From Camelus ferus (taxonomy: Eukaryota), in assembly GCF_009834535.1 (NCBI RefSeq), contig NC_045697.1, positions 78,184,001-78,248,000 on the forward strand: a stretch of DNA of 64,000 nt. The letters are read 5' to 3'. A model generated the notes under the pieces. That model was not told where the DNA came from. It saw only the letters and a list, made by a program, of their open reading frames with translations, and did no database searches. The first letter of the stretch is position 1; every line of letters starts with the position of its first letter. The position numbers and the translations under genes were made by a program. This document shows positions 48,701 to 61,322 of the stretch, piece after piece.

Positions 48701-49769
48701 CAGAATTTTGTCCTTCTCTAGGGCTATCTGCTTTTAGTAAGGGTCACCGATGGTGGTAGGGCCTCGCTGAAAAATCAAGGATAAAGAATAAATAACTGTA
48801 AGCCTTAGTGGCTCAAACAAATTATTTTCTGGGTGGCAGACAGAGTACCGAGAGAGAGGCAGTGAGCTCGAACCTGAGAGTCTTGATTGGTGATCAGTGC
48901 CTGCCCTTCTCTGTGTCTGCAAAGCTTCCAACTAAAAACACATGATCGAGTTTGAGTAACACTTCTTGAGCACACAGAGAGGCACATAGAAAAGACATTC
49001 AAGGATCTAGGGATAGAAGAACCACGTAGTTGTCTGGACTGCTGCTCTTGCTGTGGGACTTACCTTGGACGACTTCATTACTTTATATATGGAAGAAATA
49101 TTTTATACAACTCAGTTATTGAATCCTGAGTTTCTTCTCATGAGGGGTATAGAATTTGATATGTCTTTCATTCACCGCACATTTTTAAAAGTTGGCAAAT
49201 TCTTGACAGTCAACCTCAAAAAAAGCTTTTTTTCTTCTTTACTGGAATTTCTTTTACTACACTTGTCATGCACATGTTTGAACGGTTTTATTGAAATGCT
49301 GCTTGTTCTATTGGTGGCTTCATGTAGTCAAAGCAACTATTATCCTTAAACACAGGAAATCTGAGGACAGAAAACAGCAGCATTCCAGCTGAATTTCCAT
49401 TTGCTGGATGGCAGCTTGTAAGCAAAACGTCTGCGCCTTGCGGGGTTGGCAGCCTCAGCCAACCTGTCAAGGAAGTCCTTAGGACTAGTTCTCGTTTTCT
49501 AGTGAGAGTGCTGAAAACTTACAACCTCTCTGGGAATTTCACTTTTCTTCATGAAGTTGTAAGGGAAGCCGTCATATGTCCTTTTAATTATAAGCTATTT
49601 TGAATGTTGAAATTTCTTTCCCAGCACATAAAATTAGAGGAGACTTTAAAAAAATAATCTCAAGTCACTCTAAACAATGGTAAGCAATTTTTCTGGAACT
49701 TTCTTTAGCTAAAAAAGGCACATAAAAACTGAGGTACTTACCATGGAATGATAATGACGTCACTAACAC

Positions 49770-49934
49770 AGACAACAATTGTCACTTACTTATTGAGCAC
49801 TCACTGTTTGCTGGGCACAATTCTGCACACCTTACATGTACTAAAGTTCTATTTAACTTTCTCTCCACGGTACTATGAGGAAAATAATTTTCTCATCCTC
49901 AGTCTGAAGCACAGAAAGCTGAAGAAATTGCTAA
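49770..49934 (-). mobile_element. MIR SINE (interrupted by MLT1A)
   Basis: TTATTGAGCACTCACTGTTTGCTGGGCACA...CTGAAGCACAGA. Confidence 0.72.
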
Positions 49935-50267
49935 AGTCTTGGTCTCTGTGGGCTGCTATAACAAAATACCATAAACTAGGTAGCTTATAAATGACAGAAA
50001 TCGATTTCTCACAGTACCAGAGGCCAGGAAGTCCAAGATCAAGGCACTGGCAGATTCAACATCTACAGAGGACCAGCTTCTTAGTTCACAGAAGATCATC
50101 TTCTCGCTGTAACCTCACGGAGCTGAAGGGTGAGGGACTTTGCTGGAATCTTTTACAAGGGCGTTAATAAAGCACCTTCCAAAGGTCTCATCTCCTAATA
50201 CCATCACATTGTGGATGAGGTTTCAAGGTATGCATTTGGGAGGGACACAGATATTTTGTCTATAGTG
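49935..50267 (-). mobile_element. MLT1A-like solo LTR nested in a MIR
   Basis: GGGCTGCTATAACAAAATACCATAAACTAGGTAGCTTATAAA...GAAGTCCAAGATCAAGGCACTGGCAGATTC...CCTAATACCATCACATTG; both termini present; flanks GCTAA/GCTGG. Confidence 0.92.
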
Positions 50268-50599
50268 GCTGGAAGGTGGCAGCACACACAAGCGGCCCAG
50301 ATCCACATCCTGAAGCATTAGGTAATACATAGTTATGTATTTCACCGCAAATGATTAATGTCTTTACTTCTTAAAGTTCCAAAATTCTGAAAAAAACAGT
50401 AAAATAGTAAATGCTATGTTTGCAAAACAAAAAGATTCTGATGTACCTCTACAACTTCATGGAGAATATTATAATTTATCAAGACTCATCTGGATTCTAA
50501 ACCAATATTGTCCTTAAAATACTAATGAATGAGAATATTAACAGCTCATAAATGGGGCATCATGGGTTCAATGTAATAAAAAAACAAAAAATTAAGGGA

Positions 50600-51056
50600 A
50601 TGCTCATAAATGGAGGAATTCTTGTAAAATAGTGGCACCCCAATACCATGAAATATTACACAGTCATTAACCATGAATTGATTTGGAGAAGTTTCCAAAG
50701 TCTATTAATTGTAAAAGCAAAATGCACAGAAGCATTTATAATATAATCTCGTTGTGTAAACCTGACGATGCCAAATTGTCTTGTATACACATGGTGTGTT
50801 TGGATGGGTGAGTGGATGCATGCCCCCGTGTGTCAGTATTTATATCAGCACAGGGAAATGTGTGGAAAGATACATTGTTCATATTGATCCTCTGGGAATA
50901 GTGAGATGGGTATAAGTTTGTGCCTAGGTGTGTGGGGAGGTGTGATTGGGCAGAATGAGAGAGCTAGAAGAAAACAAAAAAAAAAAAGAAAGGAAAGAGT
51001 ATGTGCATGTAGATAGATGCATAAATAATAATTGTAACAATAAAAAAAAAAAAACA
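50600..51056 (+). mobile_element. Old L1M (L1ME-like) 3' end
   Basis: Degenerate CCATGAAATATTACACAGTCATTAA...AAAAGCAAAATGCACAGAAGCA...GGAAAGATACA, ending in an A tail at ~51042-51055. Confidence 0.55.
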
Positions 51057-51069
51057 GGATCACAGGACC

Positions 51070-51280
51070 AGCTTTCAAGAGCCATGGGTCCCAATGCCAG
51101 TTGACAGTGGCTCCCTGTGGCACCGCAGGTAAGTTATCCTTTCTACAAGTCAGCTTTCTCATCTAAAAATGGAGATAGTTGTATCTCTTTGACTTATTTT
51201 GCAGAGTTAGTATGATGATAAATGATGTGTGTTAGGGTGTTTTGAAAAACCTAAAGGGCCATGCTTGCATAATTATAGCA
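51070..51280 (+). mobile_element. MIR SINE
   Basis: GGTAAGTTAT...CAGCTTTCTCATCTAAAAATGGAGATAG. Confidence 0.65.
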
Positions 51281-51849
51281 CTGCGTACTACATATCCATT
51301 TTTTATATTGACAGCAGGAACTATAAAGAAAAAAAATTAGAGCTTCCATTCAGATATTGTGGTTACCAATTTTTCTGCCTGGTTTTTTCTTGTGTCGATT
51401 TGTGTTAAAGCTAATACCAGTTCTACTCCTGGAAACACAATACTGCCTTGAGCAGGGCTTGTGCTTGCCATCAAATAAGAAGTTATATAAAGTTTTAAAC
51501 ATTCAGATGTGCCCGGAAGAAAACAATCAGTTATCAGTATTATCATTATTCTATTTTATATGAAATTGGAGTTAGAATTTCAAACTGATTGTAATAAAAT
51601 CCACCTCTCTAAACTTAAAAAGTATCTTTTCATAATAAGGAAGTATGTTTCTTCCACTAAAAAAATGGTCAAAAGTAAACATTTACCCACTGGGTATCAA
51701 AATGATAGGCCATTTTACAAATAAGCCCATGTTTTTGTCACTGGTGTCATCTTTTATCCACAGAAGATGTAACGTGGTCTGTGTACTTGCATCTCTATCT
51801 ATGTACATCTTTCCATCACCTACCTGAATTTAGTATATGCTGCAGGAAG

Positions 51850-52550
51850 TGGGATGTGATTCAACAGAGAGATAAAAGGTCATAGCTGTGAACTGTGTGT
51901 GGGTAACATTTGGTCCAGATTGGATCAGGTCAGAAAAGTTCAAGGAGAGATTGCTTTAAGAAGATGAATATGTAATGCTACTGAACACCGTGATAATTGA
52001 CTGAAGGTTTGTATTTTAATTAATCAGAAGTACTGAAAAACTAGGCAAATTAAAAATAAGACAGGAACTCCAGGGAAGACAGAATATTATGCAGAAAATG
52101 AAAAGAAATCGTGATATACAAAAGCTTTTGTTGTGGATATAGTTTTCCAGAGTCAACATAAACTCAGCACAGTTTTCCATCCACTATTACGGTGTAAAAT
52201 TTTGAGCTGGTGGAGCACAGATATCTGTGGCATGTTAGGTGGGGAAGAGATATTGGTAGTAAAAAACAGAGCTAAATCATAAGCCCCCAAGGGTGAAATC
52301 AACAGATGAAGCCTAGAGCTGAAAAACCAGAGTGCAAAGAGAATATTATTTAGAGATAGGAAGGTATTTAACTAAAGAATCAACTGAAAGGGTTGAGCAG
52401 AGTTCCCTCTGGGATGCAGAAATTGAAAATGGAGAGCGAGAGGCTGCTGTTGTTGCTCTGTTTTGTTTTCTTTGTACTATTTGATACTGTGAACTAGGTG
52501 TATGTATAACTCTGTTAAAAGTAAACATGAAATAATATTAATTTAAAACA
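51850..52550 (+). mobile_element. Old L1M (L1MC/L1ME-like) 3' region
   Basis: AGAGCTAAATCATAAGCC...GAAATCAACAGATGAAGCCTAGAGCTGAAAAACCAGAG resembles recalled L1M 3' UTR; highly diverged. Confidence 0.45.
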
Positions 52551-52764
52551 TTTTTCACTCTGCATGATATAGCAAAGATTTTGCATTTAATTTTCCATGT
52601 TCTCTTTGCGATCCATTGATGTCTAAAAATGATCTGTGTCGGTGTATGAGTCTTCAGAGACATTTATACCATAGAGAAAGCACTTGGGAAGATACACTCA
52701 TACATGTACTTATATTGAGGATCTAGGCAAGTAGGAATTCGACTGGACCTGATCTTATTTCTTC

Positions 52765-52870
52765 ATAATCATGGAATTTTAGAGCCAAAAGGGTCCTTAA
52801 AAGATATCTCATCTAATTCCTTCTTTTAACAGATAAAGAACATGAAGCTGGGCTTTAGCAATGTGGCCAA
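52765..52870 (-). mobile_element. MIR/MIR3 fragment
   Basis: AATCATGGAATTTTAGAGCCAAAAGGGTCCTTAAAAGATATCTCATCTAA...TTTAACAGATAAAGAA. Confidence 0.65.
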
Positions 52871-53899
52871 GAGAGGCATGCTCTTTAACTTACTTCACTT
52901 GTGTGAGAACAAATATGTTTTGTTGACAAATAAATATTTAAATAACATAATAGTTTTGAGGCCAAATATGCATTAAAATATAGATTGAAATCTGTGTTTA
53001 TGGTATTGAAAATAGGAAAAACATGTTTTCATTACCTAATGTTTGCAAGTGTTGCCTTTTGCAATGAATCCATTTTTAAAATAATTTTTATGGTTGAATC
53101 CGAATGATGACATAAGGGAGAAAGTTTCAGGATATGTCCAAGTACAATGTGGGGAAAAAATGTGGGGATGGATAGTCTTAATTCCAAACAAATGAAAGTC
53201 AACTTGATAGAATCGTCACAATATTTTTTCTGTTTCGGGAACACCATCTTGATCAGATGCATTTAACATATGGAGCTGGTGGAAATCTTCTTGATACAAA
53301 TTTGAAATACTACTTCTTTCTCTCTAGCTCTCTCTTTGATCTGTTTGTTTCTCTTTAACTTACATTTCAATTGTGCTGCCTGTATTTAACTAATTGTCCA
53401 TTGTAGACATACATTAAAATATGGATGACAAAGGATAAGTGTCATTTAAAACTGCATAATGTTCAAAATCACCACAGTGGCTAGCGGTGTTCAGCAGAGT
53501 GATAAAGTGAGTGACTAAATCATAAGCATACAAATCTGGTCTTCCAACGTCTGCACATGTTTAGTCTCTCAATACTTTCCATTTTGAAGGCATAAAGTAT
53601 TTAAATGATTCTTTAATTTCCAGTTAAAAAATAGAAACTGAATAGATACCATAACTGCCTGTGATGGTGTGACCTCTGTGGAAATATGCCTGTTAACTGC
53701 TGTGGGTTGTTGAATCACCATCTCTGCACTATGTTCTCCATCTCTAAGTGTGTGTGTGTGTCTGTGTCTGTTTTTTAAATGCCATTGAAATCATACTCTG
53801 CTTTTCCTCAGTTGTATCATAAGCATTTTCCAATCATAAATATTCTTTAATAGTGTGATTTTTTTTTCTATCAAATATTTCAGTGAATGAGTTTCTGGC

Positions 53900-54270
53900 T
53901 TGTATCCTTAGGAATTATTTGATTACAAGGAGCAGAAACAGACTCCAGCTGGATTGGGAAAGGGCGATTCGGGGTAGGGATACAGGGCAATCACATGGGA
54001 GCGCTGGTCAGAATGCACAGCAGAGTGGAAAGCTGACTCTGTCTCTTTGGCTTCTGCATCCCTCTCTCTCTCTCTGGTTGTAGACTCTGGTTTTGGATTC
54101 TGATGGAACCCCTCTCTGATGCTTCCTTTGTGTGCAGACCAAGACCCTCTGCAAGGCTCTTAAATATTTTCTACCTTCTCTGGAGTCTTAATTTTCATGT
54201 GATTTGGGCCAGCAGAGATCTCTCGCCTCCACTCTGGGCTAACTTTAAGGCTACAGATCTTACAAGTTAC
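53900..54270 (-). mobile_element. Very old MaLR/ERVL LTR-like fragment
   Basis: TTAGGAATTATTTGATTACAAGGAGCAGAAACAGACTCCAGCTGG resembles reverse-complemented MLT1K/L termini; rest poorly resolved. Confidence 0.35.
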
Positions 54271-54274
<4 letters not shown>

Positions 54275-54327
<53 letters not shown>

Positions 54328-54338
54328 CTGTGTGTGTG
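54275..54338. repeat. (TG)n microsatellite
   Basis: Read directly; two interruptions. Confidence 0.97.
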
Positions 54339-55381
54339 ACTTTATATGCTGGAGAATGAATCTGCTTGGAGGTTGGGAGCCATGAACTAGTGTGTTTTGA
54401 AACCATTCCCAGTCACATTTGCTATGGAGTGAGAGGGCATGAGGGTCTAGAGTATGTAGCCCCCTTTCCCCTGAGTTTAGTCCCTCCAGAACAGCATCTC
54501 TGAGAATGCGTCATAGGCAGGGCAGGCAAACGGACTGGTTTAACTACTCTATAGCCCCAGACATCCTCCTCCTCCAATCTTAACCTTTGAGCAGCTTCCA
54601 TCACATTGCCCTCATCTGCCCATTTTTGTTTCAGTAGCTTCCATTCTCTTCCCATTCAGCTTTGTTTTCTAGGAGGAGGTGATATTTGTCCACTATGAAA
54701 GGAAAGGGGTTTTGCATTTTTTCTTGTATATATCACTTTAGTGAGCTGAATTAAAGTGGAATATTCTAACTTTAGAGGCCATTTTATATGTCCTTTAATT
54801 TTGTGTTTAAGAAAATTTTTAAGATGTTTTCCTGCATAGTCATATGGCTCTTATCCATCAATTAAGAGCACATTATTTCATTAACTCAACCTTTTCTTAT
54901 GCTTAGCATCCCTAGTTTTACTTCTAGCTACAATTCATCCCTAGCTAATTTTAAATTAAGTTTAAAAAAATTTAAGCTCTCCCAGTAAGCACTTAAAGCA
55001 AATGAACGACAAAAACAAAGCAAAACAATTTTTGCAGACTTCCTAAGGTCCAACTGAATAATAAATATTTGAGACCTTAAGTGCAGATGCAGTTAGGAGA
55101 AGGGACTTTGCAGGGAGAAGGTAAGAACAGACATGAGGCTAGGGAGAGGAGAGGACTGGGGACAGGAGAGGACTCTGTAGAGGAAGCAAAGAGACTAACA
55201 GGAGGTAGGTTGTAGTAAAGATACGAGGTAGATAATAATAAAGGGCTGATCAAGTGGAGGAAATTGCAGGCTTGGAAGCTGAGGGGGGAAAGCCAGTGTC
55301 GACATAAGGATTGAGGACATTAGAGGGAAAGAGAGTAATAGGTACCTTCGGGAAAAAAGACACAGTGAAGACAAGAGGGAG

Positions 55382-56145
55382 TTCATTCGTTCAGTCATTC
55401 AATACGTATTTATTGAGTGTGCTAAGTGCTGAAAATAGAGTGGTTAACAAAGCAGATTTAAAGCAGATATACTTCCGCTTGTCACTGAGCATATAGTGTA
55501 GCGTGGGAGACAGAGGTTATGCAAATGAACTCAAAATCATCAACTGGATTAGGGACACATGGGAAATGCAAAGGGTGTTGAAAGGGATATTAGAAGTGGT
55601 CAAGGAAGACCTCTCCATGGCAGGAAATGTAAGCTGAAACATGAGGGATAAATAGAAGTGAACTAAACCAGCAGAAGAGAAAGGGTGTGAAAAGAGTGCC
55701 CTAGGAAGAAGAAGCAGCATGTATAAAGGTCCTGGGGAAGGAAAGAATTTGATGTCTCATTAAAAATCCATCTCCATTTCCTGTAAGATGAATATAAAGT
55801 CACTAATCTTATACAGCATACATAAACAGAATGCTGTGAATGAAGGGAGAGAAGGGTATCAAATGAGGGCATGCTCTGAGACAAAACCAGATCATAACAG
55901 AATTGATAGATCATAGTAAAGACTGGATTTTCTTCCAACAGTAATGATAGGACATTGGTGGGTTTCAAGCAGAGTATAACATAAGGTTTGTGATTTGAGC
56001 TTCTTACTCTGACAGGTAGCAATGTTGAGTATAAAATGGATGGGATAAGGGCAGACACGAAGACACCAATTTTCAGGTTATTGTAATGGTTCAGTTGAGA
56101 ATTGATTATGGTTTGGGCTAGGGTGGTATCACTGGAGATGGTATT
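55382..56145 (-). mobile_element. L2a 3' region
   Basis: TTCATTCGTTCAGTCATTCAATACGTATTTATTGAGTG...GTGGTCAAGGAAGACCTCTC...GCAGCATGTATAAAGGTCCTGGGG. Confidence 0.85.
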
Positions 56146-56304
56146 TAAAACAGTGTTGCTTTTCATTAGTCAGGTTTTGAAACCGGAGCTCCTAGCTTTA
56201 GGAAGTCTGTAGCTAAGTTACCATAAAAGTTTTCTTGCCTCCCCTCCAAGGAGCTTTGTTTTATGAAAACAGTGTCATCATGGCCACTTTTAATTTATTG
56301 GTTT

Positions 56305-57651
56305 TTTTTTTTTAACATTTTTTATTGATTTATAATCATTTTACAATGTTGTGTCAAATTCCAGTGTTCAGCACAATTTTTCAGTTATTCATGGACATAT
56401 ACACACTCATTGTCACATTTTTTTCTCTGTGAGTTATCATAACATTTTGTGTATATTTCCCTGTGCTATACAGTGTAGTCTATTCTACAATTTTGAAATC
56501 CCAGTCTATCCCTTCCCACCCTCCACCCCCCTGGTAACCACAAGTCTGTATTCTCTGTCTGTGAGTCTATTTCTGTCCTTTATTTACGCTTTGTTTTTGT
56601 TTGTTTGTTTTTGTTTTTTAGATTCCACATATGAGCGACCTCATATGGTATTTTTCTTTCTCTTTCTGGCTTACTTCACTTAGAATGACATTCTCCAGGA
56701 GCATCCATGTTGCTGCAAATGGCATTATGTTGTCGGTTTTTATGGCTGAGTAGTATTCCATTGTATAAATAAACCACTTCTTCTTTATCCAGTCACCTGT
56801 TGATGGACACTTAGGCTGTTTCCATGTTTTGGCTATTGTAAATAGTGCTGCTATGAACATTGGGGTGCAGGTGTCATCCTGAAGTAGATTTCCTTCTGGA
56901 TACAAGCCCAGGAGTGGGATTCCTGGGTCATATGGTAAGTCTATTCCTAGTCTTTTGAGGAATCTCCACACTGTTTTCCATAGTGGCTGCACCAAACTGC
57001 ATTCCCACCAGCAGTGTAGGAGGGTTCCCCTTTCTCCACAGCCTCTCCAGCATTTGTCATTTGTGGATTTTTGAATGACGGCCATTCTGACTGGTGTGAG
57101 GTGATACCTCATTGTAGTTTTGATTTGCATTTCTCTGATAATTAGTGATATTGAGCATTTTTTCATGTGCTTTTTAATCATTTGTATGTCTTCCTTGGAG
57201 AATTGCTTGTTTAGGTCTTCTGCCCATTTTTGGATTGGGTTGTTTATTTTTTTCTTATTGAGTCATATGAGCTGCTTATATATTCTGGAGATCAAGTCTT
57301 TGTCGGTTTCACTTGCAAAAATTTTCTACCATTCCGTAGGTTTTCTTCTTGTTTTATTTCTGGTTTCCTTTGCTGTGCAGAAGCTTGTAAGTTTCATTAG
57401 GTCCCATTTGTTTATTCTTGCTTTTATTTCTTCTAGGAGAAAATTTTTTAAATGTATGTCAGATAATGTTTTGCCTATGTTTTCCTCTAGGAGGTTTATT
57501 GTATCTTGTCTTATGTTTAAGTCTTTAATCCATTTTGAGTTGATTTTTGTATATGGTGTAAGGGAGTGTTCTAGCTTCATTGTTTTACATGCTGCTGTCC
57601 AGTTTTCCCAACACCATTTGCTGAAGAGACTGTCTTTATTCCAATGTATAT
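56305..57651 (-). mobile_element. Young 5'-truncated LINE-1 (ORF2 C-terminus, 3' UTR, poly-A), cetartiodactyl/probably camelid subfamily
   Basis: Minus-strand translation gives L1 ORF2 motifs ([75 protein letters not shown]). Poly-T at ~56302-56313. 17-bp TSD with one mismatch: TTTTAATTTATTGGTTT 56288-56304 and TTTTAGTTTATTGGTTT 57652-57668, followed by AA (L1 endonuclease-like TTT/AA). Confidence 0.97.
56618..57651 (-). pseudogene. Disrupted L1 ORF2p C-terminal reading frame
   Basis: Track ORFs 57326-57580 and 56618-57181 share a frame (offset 399 nt). The frame is broken by TAG at 57326-57328 and TGA at 57263-57265 and stays open upstream to the truncation point. Confidence 0.9.
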
Positions 57652-57892
57652 TTTTAGTTTATTGGTTTAATTGCTATTGACGGCATACAGAATATCAGTC
57701 TATGACAATTTCACCGTAATGTACAAATGATCCTTTAGGTTATTCTCCAGAATAACAGTCACCTAACCATTCCATTGCTTAGATTTTTGTCCTCCTCAAA
57801 CTTCCTTAGTTAATGGGAAGAAGAGTCCGATGCTTTAATGTGAAAATGAGAGTATTTCATTGCGCTTGAGATTTCCAATATGTAGTATAGAG

Positions 57893-58097
57893 TTGAGGTC
57901 TCCAATATGGCAGCCACTAGCTACATGTGACTATATAAATACAAAAAAATTAAAACTGAATAAAATTTAAAAAGTTAGTTCTGTTTCACTAGCCACATTT
58001 CAACTACTTACTAGCCACATGTAGCTAATGGCTTTGGGGTGTATAGCACAGGTATAGAACATTTCTAGTATCTAGAAAGTTTTATTAGACAGCTCTG
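57893..58097 (-). mobile_element. MER3 (hAT-Charlie MITE)
   Basis: TCCAATATGGCAGCCACTAGCTACATGTGACTAT...CACTAGCCACATTTCAA...AGCCACATGTAGCTA...ATAGAACATTTC...GAAAGTTTTATTAGACAGCTCTG. Confidence 0.88.
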
Positions 58098-58354
58098 ATC
58101 TGGAGATCCTTGACTGATTCCTTATGCATATAAAGCTTCCTATTATCTGATTAACTATAGTGATTGGTCTAGATTCTGGAAGAATTTGTTTTTGCAAGTT
58201 TTTGGTATATTCACGATAGTAGTTGTGTATTTTTCATGATAATGGCCATTGTCTTTTTTAAAAAATAGCTTACATTAGTCACCAGAGTAGTTTAAAAATA
58301 CAATAGCTCTTAATAGTCAATCAGATTTTTGAAAGCAAAGAAAGCCCTAGAACT

Positions 58355-58510
58355 AGCAATAATAATGAAAACAGTGATTAACATTTATTGCTTGGCACTG
58401 TTCTGAGTATTTTACATGTATTAACTCATTTAATTCCCAAAACAACTCTACATATAACCGTAAGAGATAAGATTTTTTATTTTTTCAGATGAGAAAACCA
58501 AGGCACAGAT
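58355..58510 (-). mobile_element. MIR SINE
   Basis: AACATTTATTG...GGCACTGTTCTGAG...ATTAACTCATTTAATTC...CAGATGAGAAAACCAAGGCACAGA. Confidence 0.8.
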
Positions 58511-58559
58511 ATTATCTCTCAAGGGGATTTTTACTTGCCAACTCTGAACCTCAAATTTT

Positions 58560-59135
58560 GGGGGAAATATTGCTTAACCTCCCTGAGCCTCAGCTTCCTT
58601 CTCTATAAAATGAATATAATGTCGCTCATCTTACACAGCATACACATCAATCAACTTTTCTTAGGGTATGTTACAGTAAGGAAGAATCCTCAAATCTGAA
58701 TGTCTTACAGTAGAGGTTTACTCCATGTTCTCATTACATGTTGACTTTTGTATTTTCTCATTCTGGAGTCTAAACTATTAGGCCACTCCAACATGGGTTG
58801 TGTTTTCATGGCAGAGGGAAAGAGAAAGAACTGGCAGAAACATACAAGGCTTAATAAAGCTTCTACTTAGAACTGGCACACTACCACGCTGTTCACGCTA
58901 CTGGCCAGGGCAAGTCACGTAGGCGACCTGATGTCAGTGGGACAGGAGAGTGTACCCCCCTCTTGCAAGAAGACACTTTAAGTCCTATGGCAATAGACTA
59001 GAGTACTAGTCCTCTTACGGTGAGGAGGGGAGCTATGCTTGGGGCCAACATTACAATCAGCCACAACATGGACTAAATATAATACTATGGAAAGACTTAA
59101 CTCTGCTTGGCATCTGGTTCACCACAGTGAGTTAC
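58560..59135 (+). mobile_element. MIR SINE split by the MLT1J-like LTR
   Basis: CTTAACCTCCCTGAGCCTCAGCTTCCTTCTCTATAAAATG before the LTR; GGACTAAATATAATA...GCTTGGCATCTGG after it. Confidence 0.65.
58641..59065 (-). mobile_element. MLT1J-like solo LTR nested in a MIR
   Basis: TCATGGCAGAGGGAAAGAGA...AAAGCTTCTACTTAGAACTGGCACAC...CTGGCCAGGGCAAGTCAC...TGTCAGTGGG; ends CAATCAGCCACA. Confidence 0.8.
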
Positions 59136-61099
59136 GACTTCCTTTTTTCTTTCATTTCATGCCTTCAGGTAAATCTTAGATCTTTGAGGTAAAGTGCTGA
59201 TTATAAAATAAACCACTGATAATTACTCTTTCCTCTTGTCTCAGTGAAAGTTTAGTCATCGCTTTGCATCCTTAGACATATATAAAAAATATCTGGACTT
59301 TCGTAAGGAAGGCTTAGAAAAAAATTCAGATTTCAGATTATTTTTATATTTGTTCTCACTGACCTGGTGTTATGTACTTAAGAAGTTATCCCATGGAAAA
59401 TTATATTCTAAGTAGATGGTGACCAAGAGGTAAGGTGGTCAGATACCCATGCAAAGGGGAGAAATTACCTAATTGTTTAGGAAAACAATTAAGATTTTTT
59501 TTATATATTTTTCCTTTTACCAAAAGAAGGGAAGAAAAAAAGAAAGAAAGATTTAGAATTGGTTAGATGTCATTTCTAAGAATGTATCATGTATTTATGT
59601 AGTGGGTATGAAATTATGAAATAATAAAATTGAATAACAAGAAACTATCTGGATGAGTTTCACGTCCTATGAAAGGGTTTGTTTAAAAATGCTCTCTATC
59701 ATGGTTGCTTTAAATTAGTTTTGTTGTTCGGGCTTCAAAGAATGGTTTCATATACAGGGATTCTAGTTTTTATTTTGCATATTCCATAATAATGTGGTTC
59801 ATATCAGTATAAACATCATGTGGTTCTCAAAGTCAATAGTTAATTTCTTATACTGATTTGTAATTTCAGGGAAAAAAACATACATCAAAGTTTATGTATA
59901 CACAAGGTTTTAGGCCTAAAATACATGCATAGTACTTTGTATGAAAAGACAATTTTCTACTACTATTGGTAAGAAAAGAGTTCAATGGAAAAATAGACCT
60001 GAAATAGAACAAAAATATTTATTCATCTTAAATAAAATAGGTTTTATTAGATAAATTCAATTATTTATGTTTGATAACTTTGACTATGTTGATTCTACAA
60101 GAGAAACTATATGAAGACTATTAACAGTGATTTGTCAGCCTATAAGTAATAACTTCTTTACAGTTTGTTTTAATGTATTGTTCGTCTTATTTCAGCAGGA
60201 CTTTGTATTTCTGAAATTATGGATAAAAGTTATTATTACTGTCATTAAATGGACTGCTGATATTTTCTTGGTTAAAAAAAAATATAGTGGCAAGTTTCTG
60301 TAGTGTAGCCTGTTCTTTTAAGGAATAAAGATACATACACGTCACTTTCTGCCAACATGACCTTTTCTATACAGGAGTTCTGTTGTATCCCGTTACAGGT
60401 TCATCCAAAAGCAAGAAAAGCTCAGCAAATCTGTCTGTAAGAGTATCTATAGACTTTAGGAATTTTTAGCACCAGAAAAATTGACACTTCTATTGGTTTC
60501 CTTTGGTGAAGACTTTGATGGCAAGAAGTATCTGTAGTCAGAAGGGAATAAAGAAAACAAACATTTACGGTCAAGAGATTTATTTTCACTGAAAAAAAGT
60601 TAAAATAGTTCTGAAGACTGCTTTGCTGCCAGCAAGAAGAAAATAGTCATAAGCAGAAAGTAAAGACACTCCCTGAAACTTGACAGTCCTCTGGAAAAAG
60701 TTTAAATCTACCTGAGGGTTACTGCCTCATCGATCTCTCTAAGTATTAAAGGCAGGAGACGCTTTCATGACTGTTGTTTAAAGAAACATTCTTCTTTGCA
60801 ATGAAATGGAAAATAATAATTTAAAAAACAAATTTTCATGGTTAAAAAAATAGATGACAAATGCCTCCCCTAGGGGTGTTATTGCTAAATTGAATATTCT
60901 AGATTTTAGTTAAGTAGTTGCATAGGAGCAGAGGCAAAATTAACATTTATGAACGAAAAATAGCTACATGTTTTCTTATTACTAGATGTTTGTTTGTGTT
61001 GAAGAAAACTTCTTCAACGTTTCAATTCTCATACTTTGGTAATTCACCATTTTAAAAATAATAGGGAATTATAACTGGGATAGCTTTATTACCACCAGG

Positions 61100-61322
61100 T
61101 GTTTGGAGGATGATAAAGTGCCTGGCACATTGTTAGAACTCAATAATTATTAGCAATAATTTATTAGTAAATTAGTAATTTATTAGTAAAAAAATTATTT
61201 TGTTATCAATTTATTGTGTTACCTTGGGTCAGTTATCTTTTAAACCCTCATTTTCTTCATCTGGAAACTATAAAGAAGGTCTGGAGTAGATGATCTCTAT
61301 GTTTCTTTAAGCTGTAATAATG
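61100..61322 (+). mobile_element. MIR 3' end plus MIR3-like fragment
   Basis: AAAGTGCCTGGCACATTGTTAGAACTCAATAA, then TGTGTTACCTTGGGTCAGTTA...CTCATTTTCTTCATCTG...GTAGATGATCTCTA. Confidence 0.6.

Noticed and set aside
57120..57680. 186-aa plus-strand hydrophobic ORF
   Set aside because: Antisense shadow of L1 ORF2; a common artefact.
61141..61195. Short AT-rich direct repeats (TAATTTATTAGTAAA twice)
   Set aside because: Slippage at a MIR tail; no unique spacers or periodicity, so not a CRISPR-like array.
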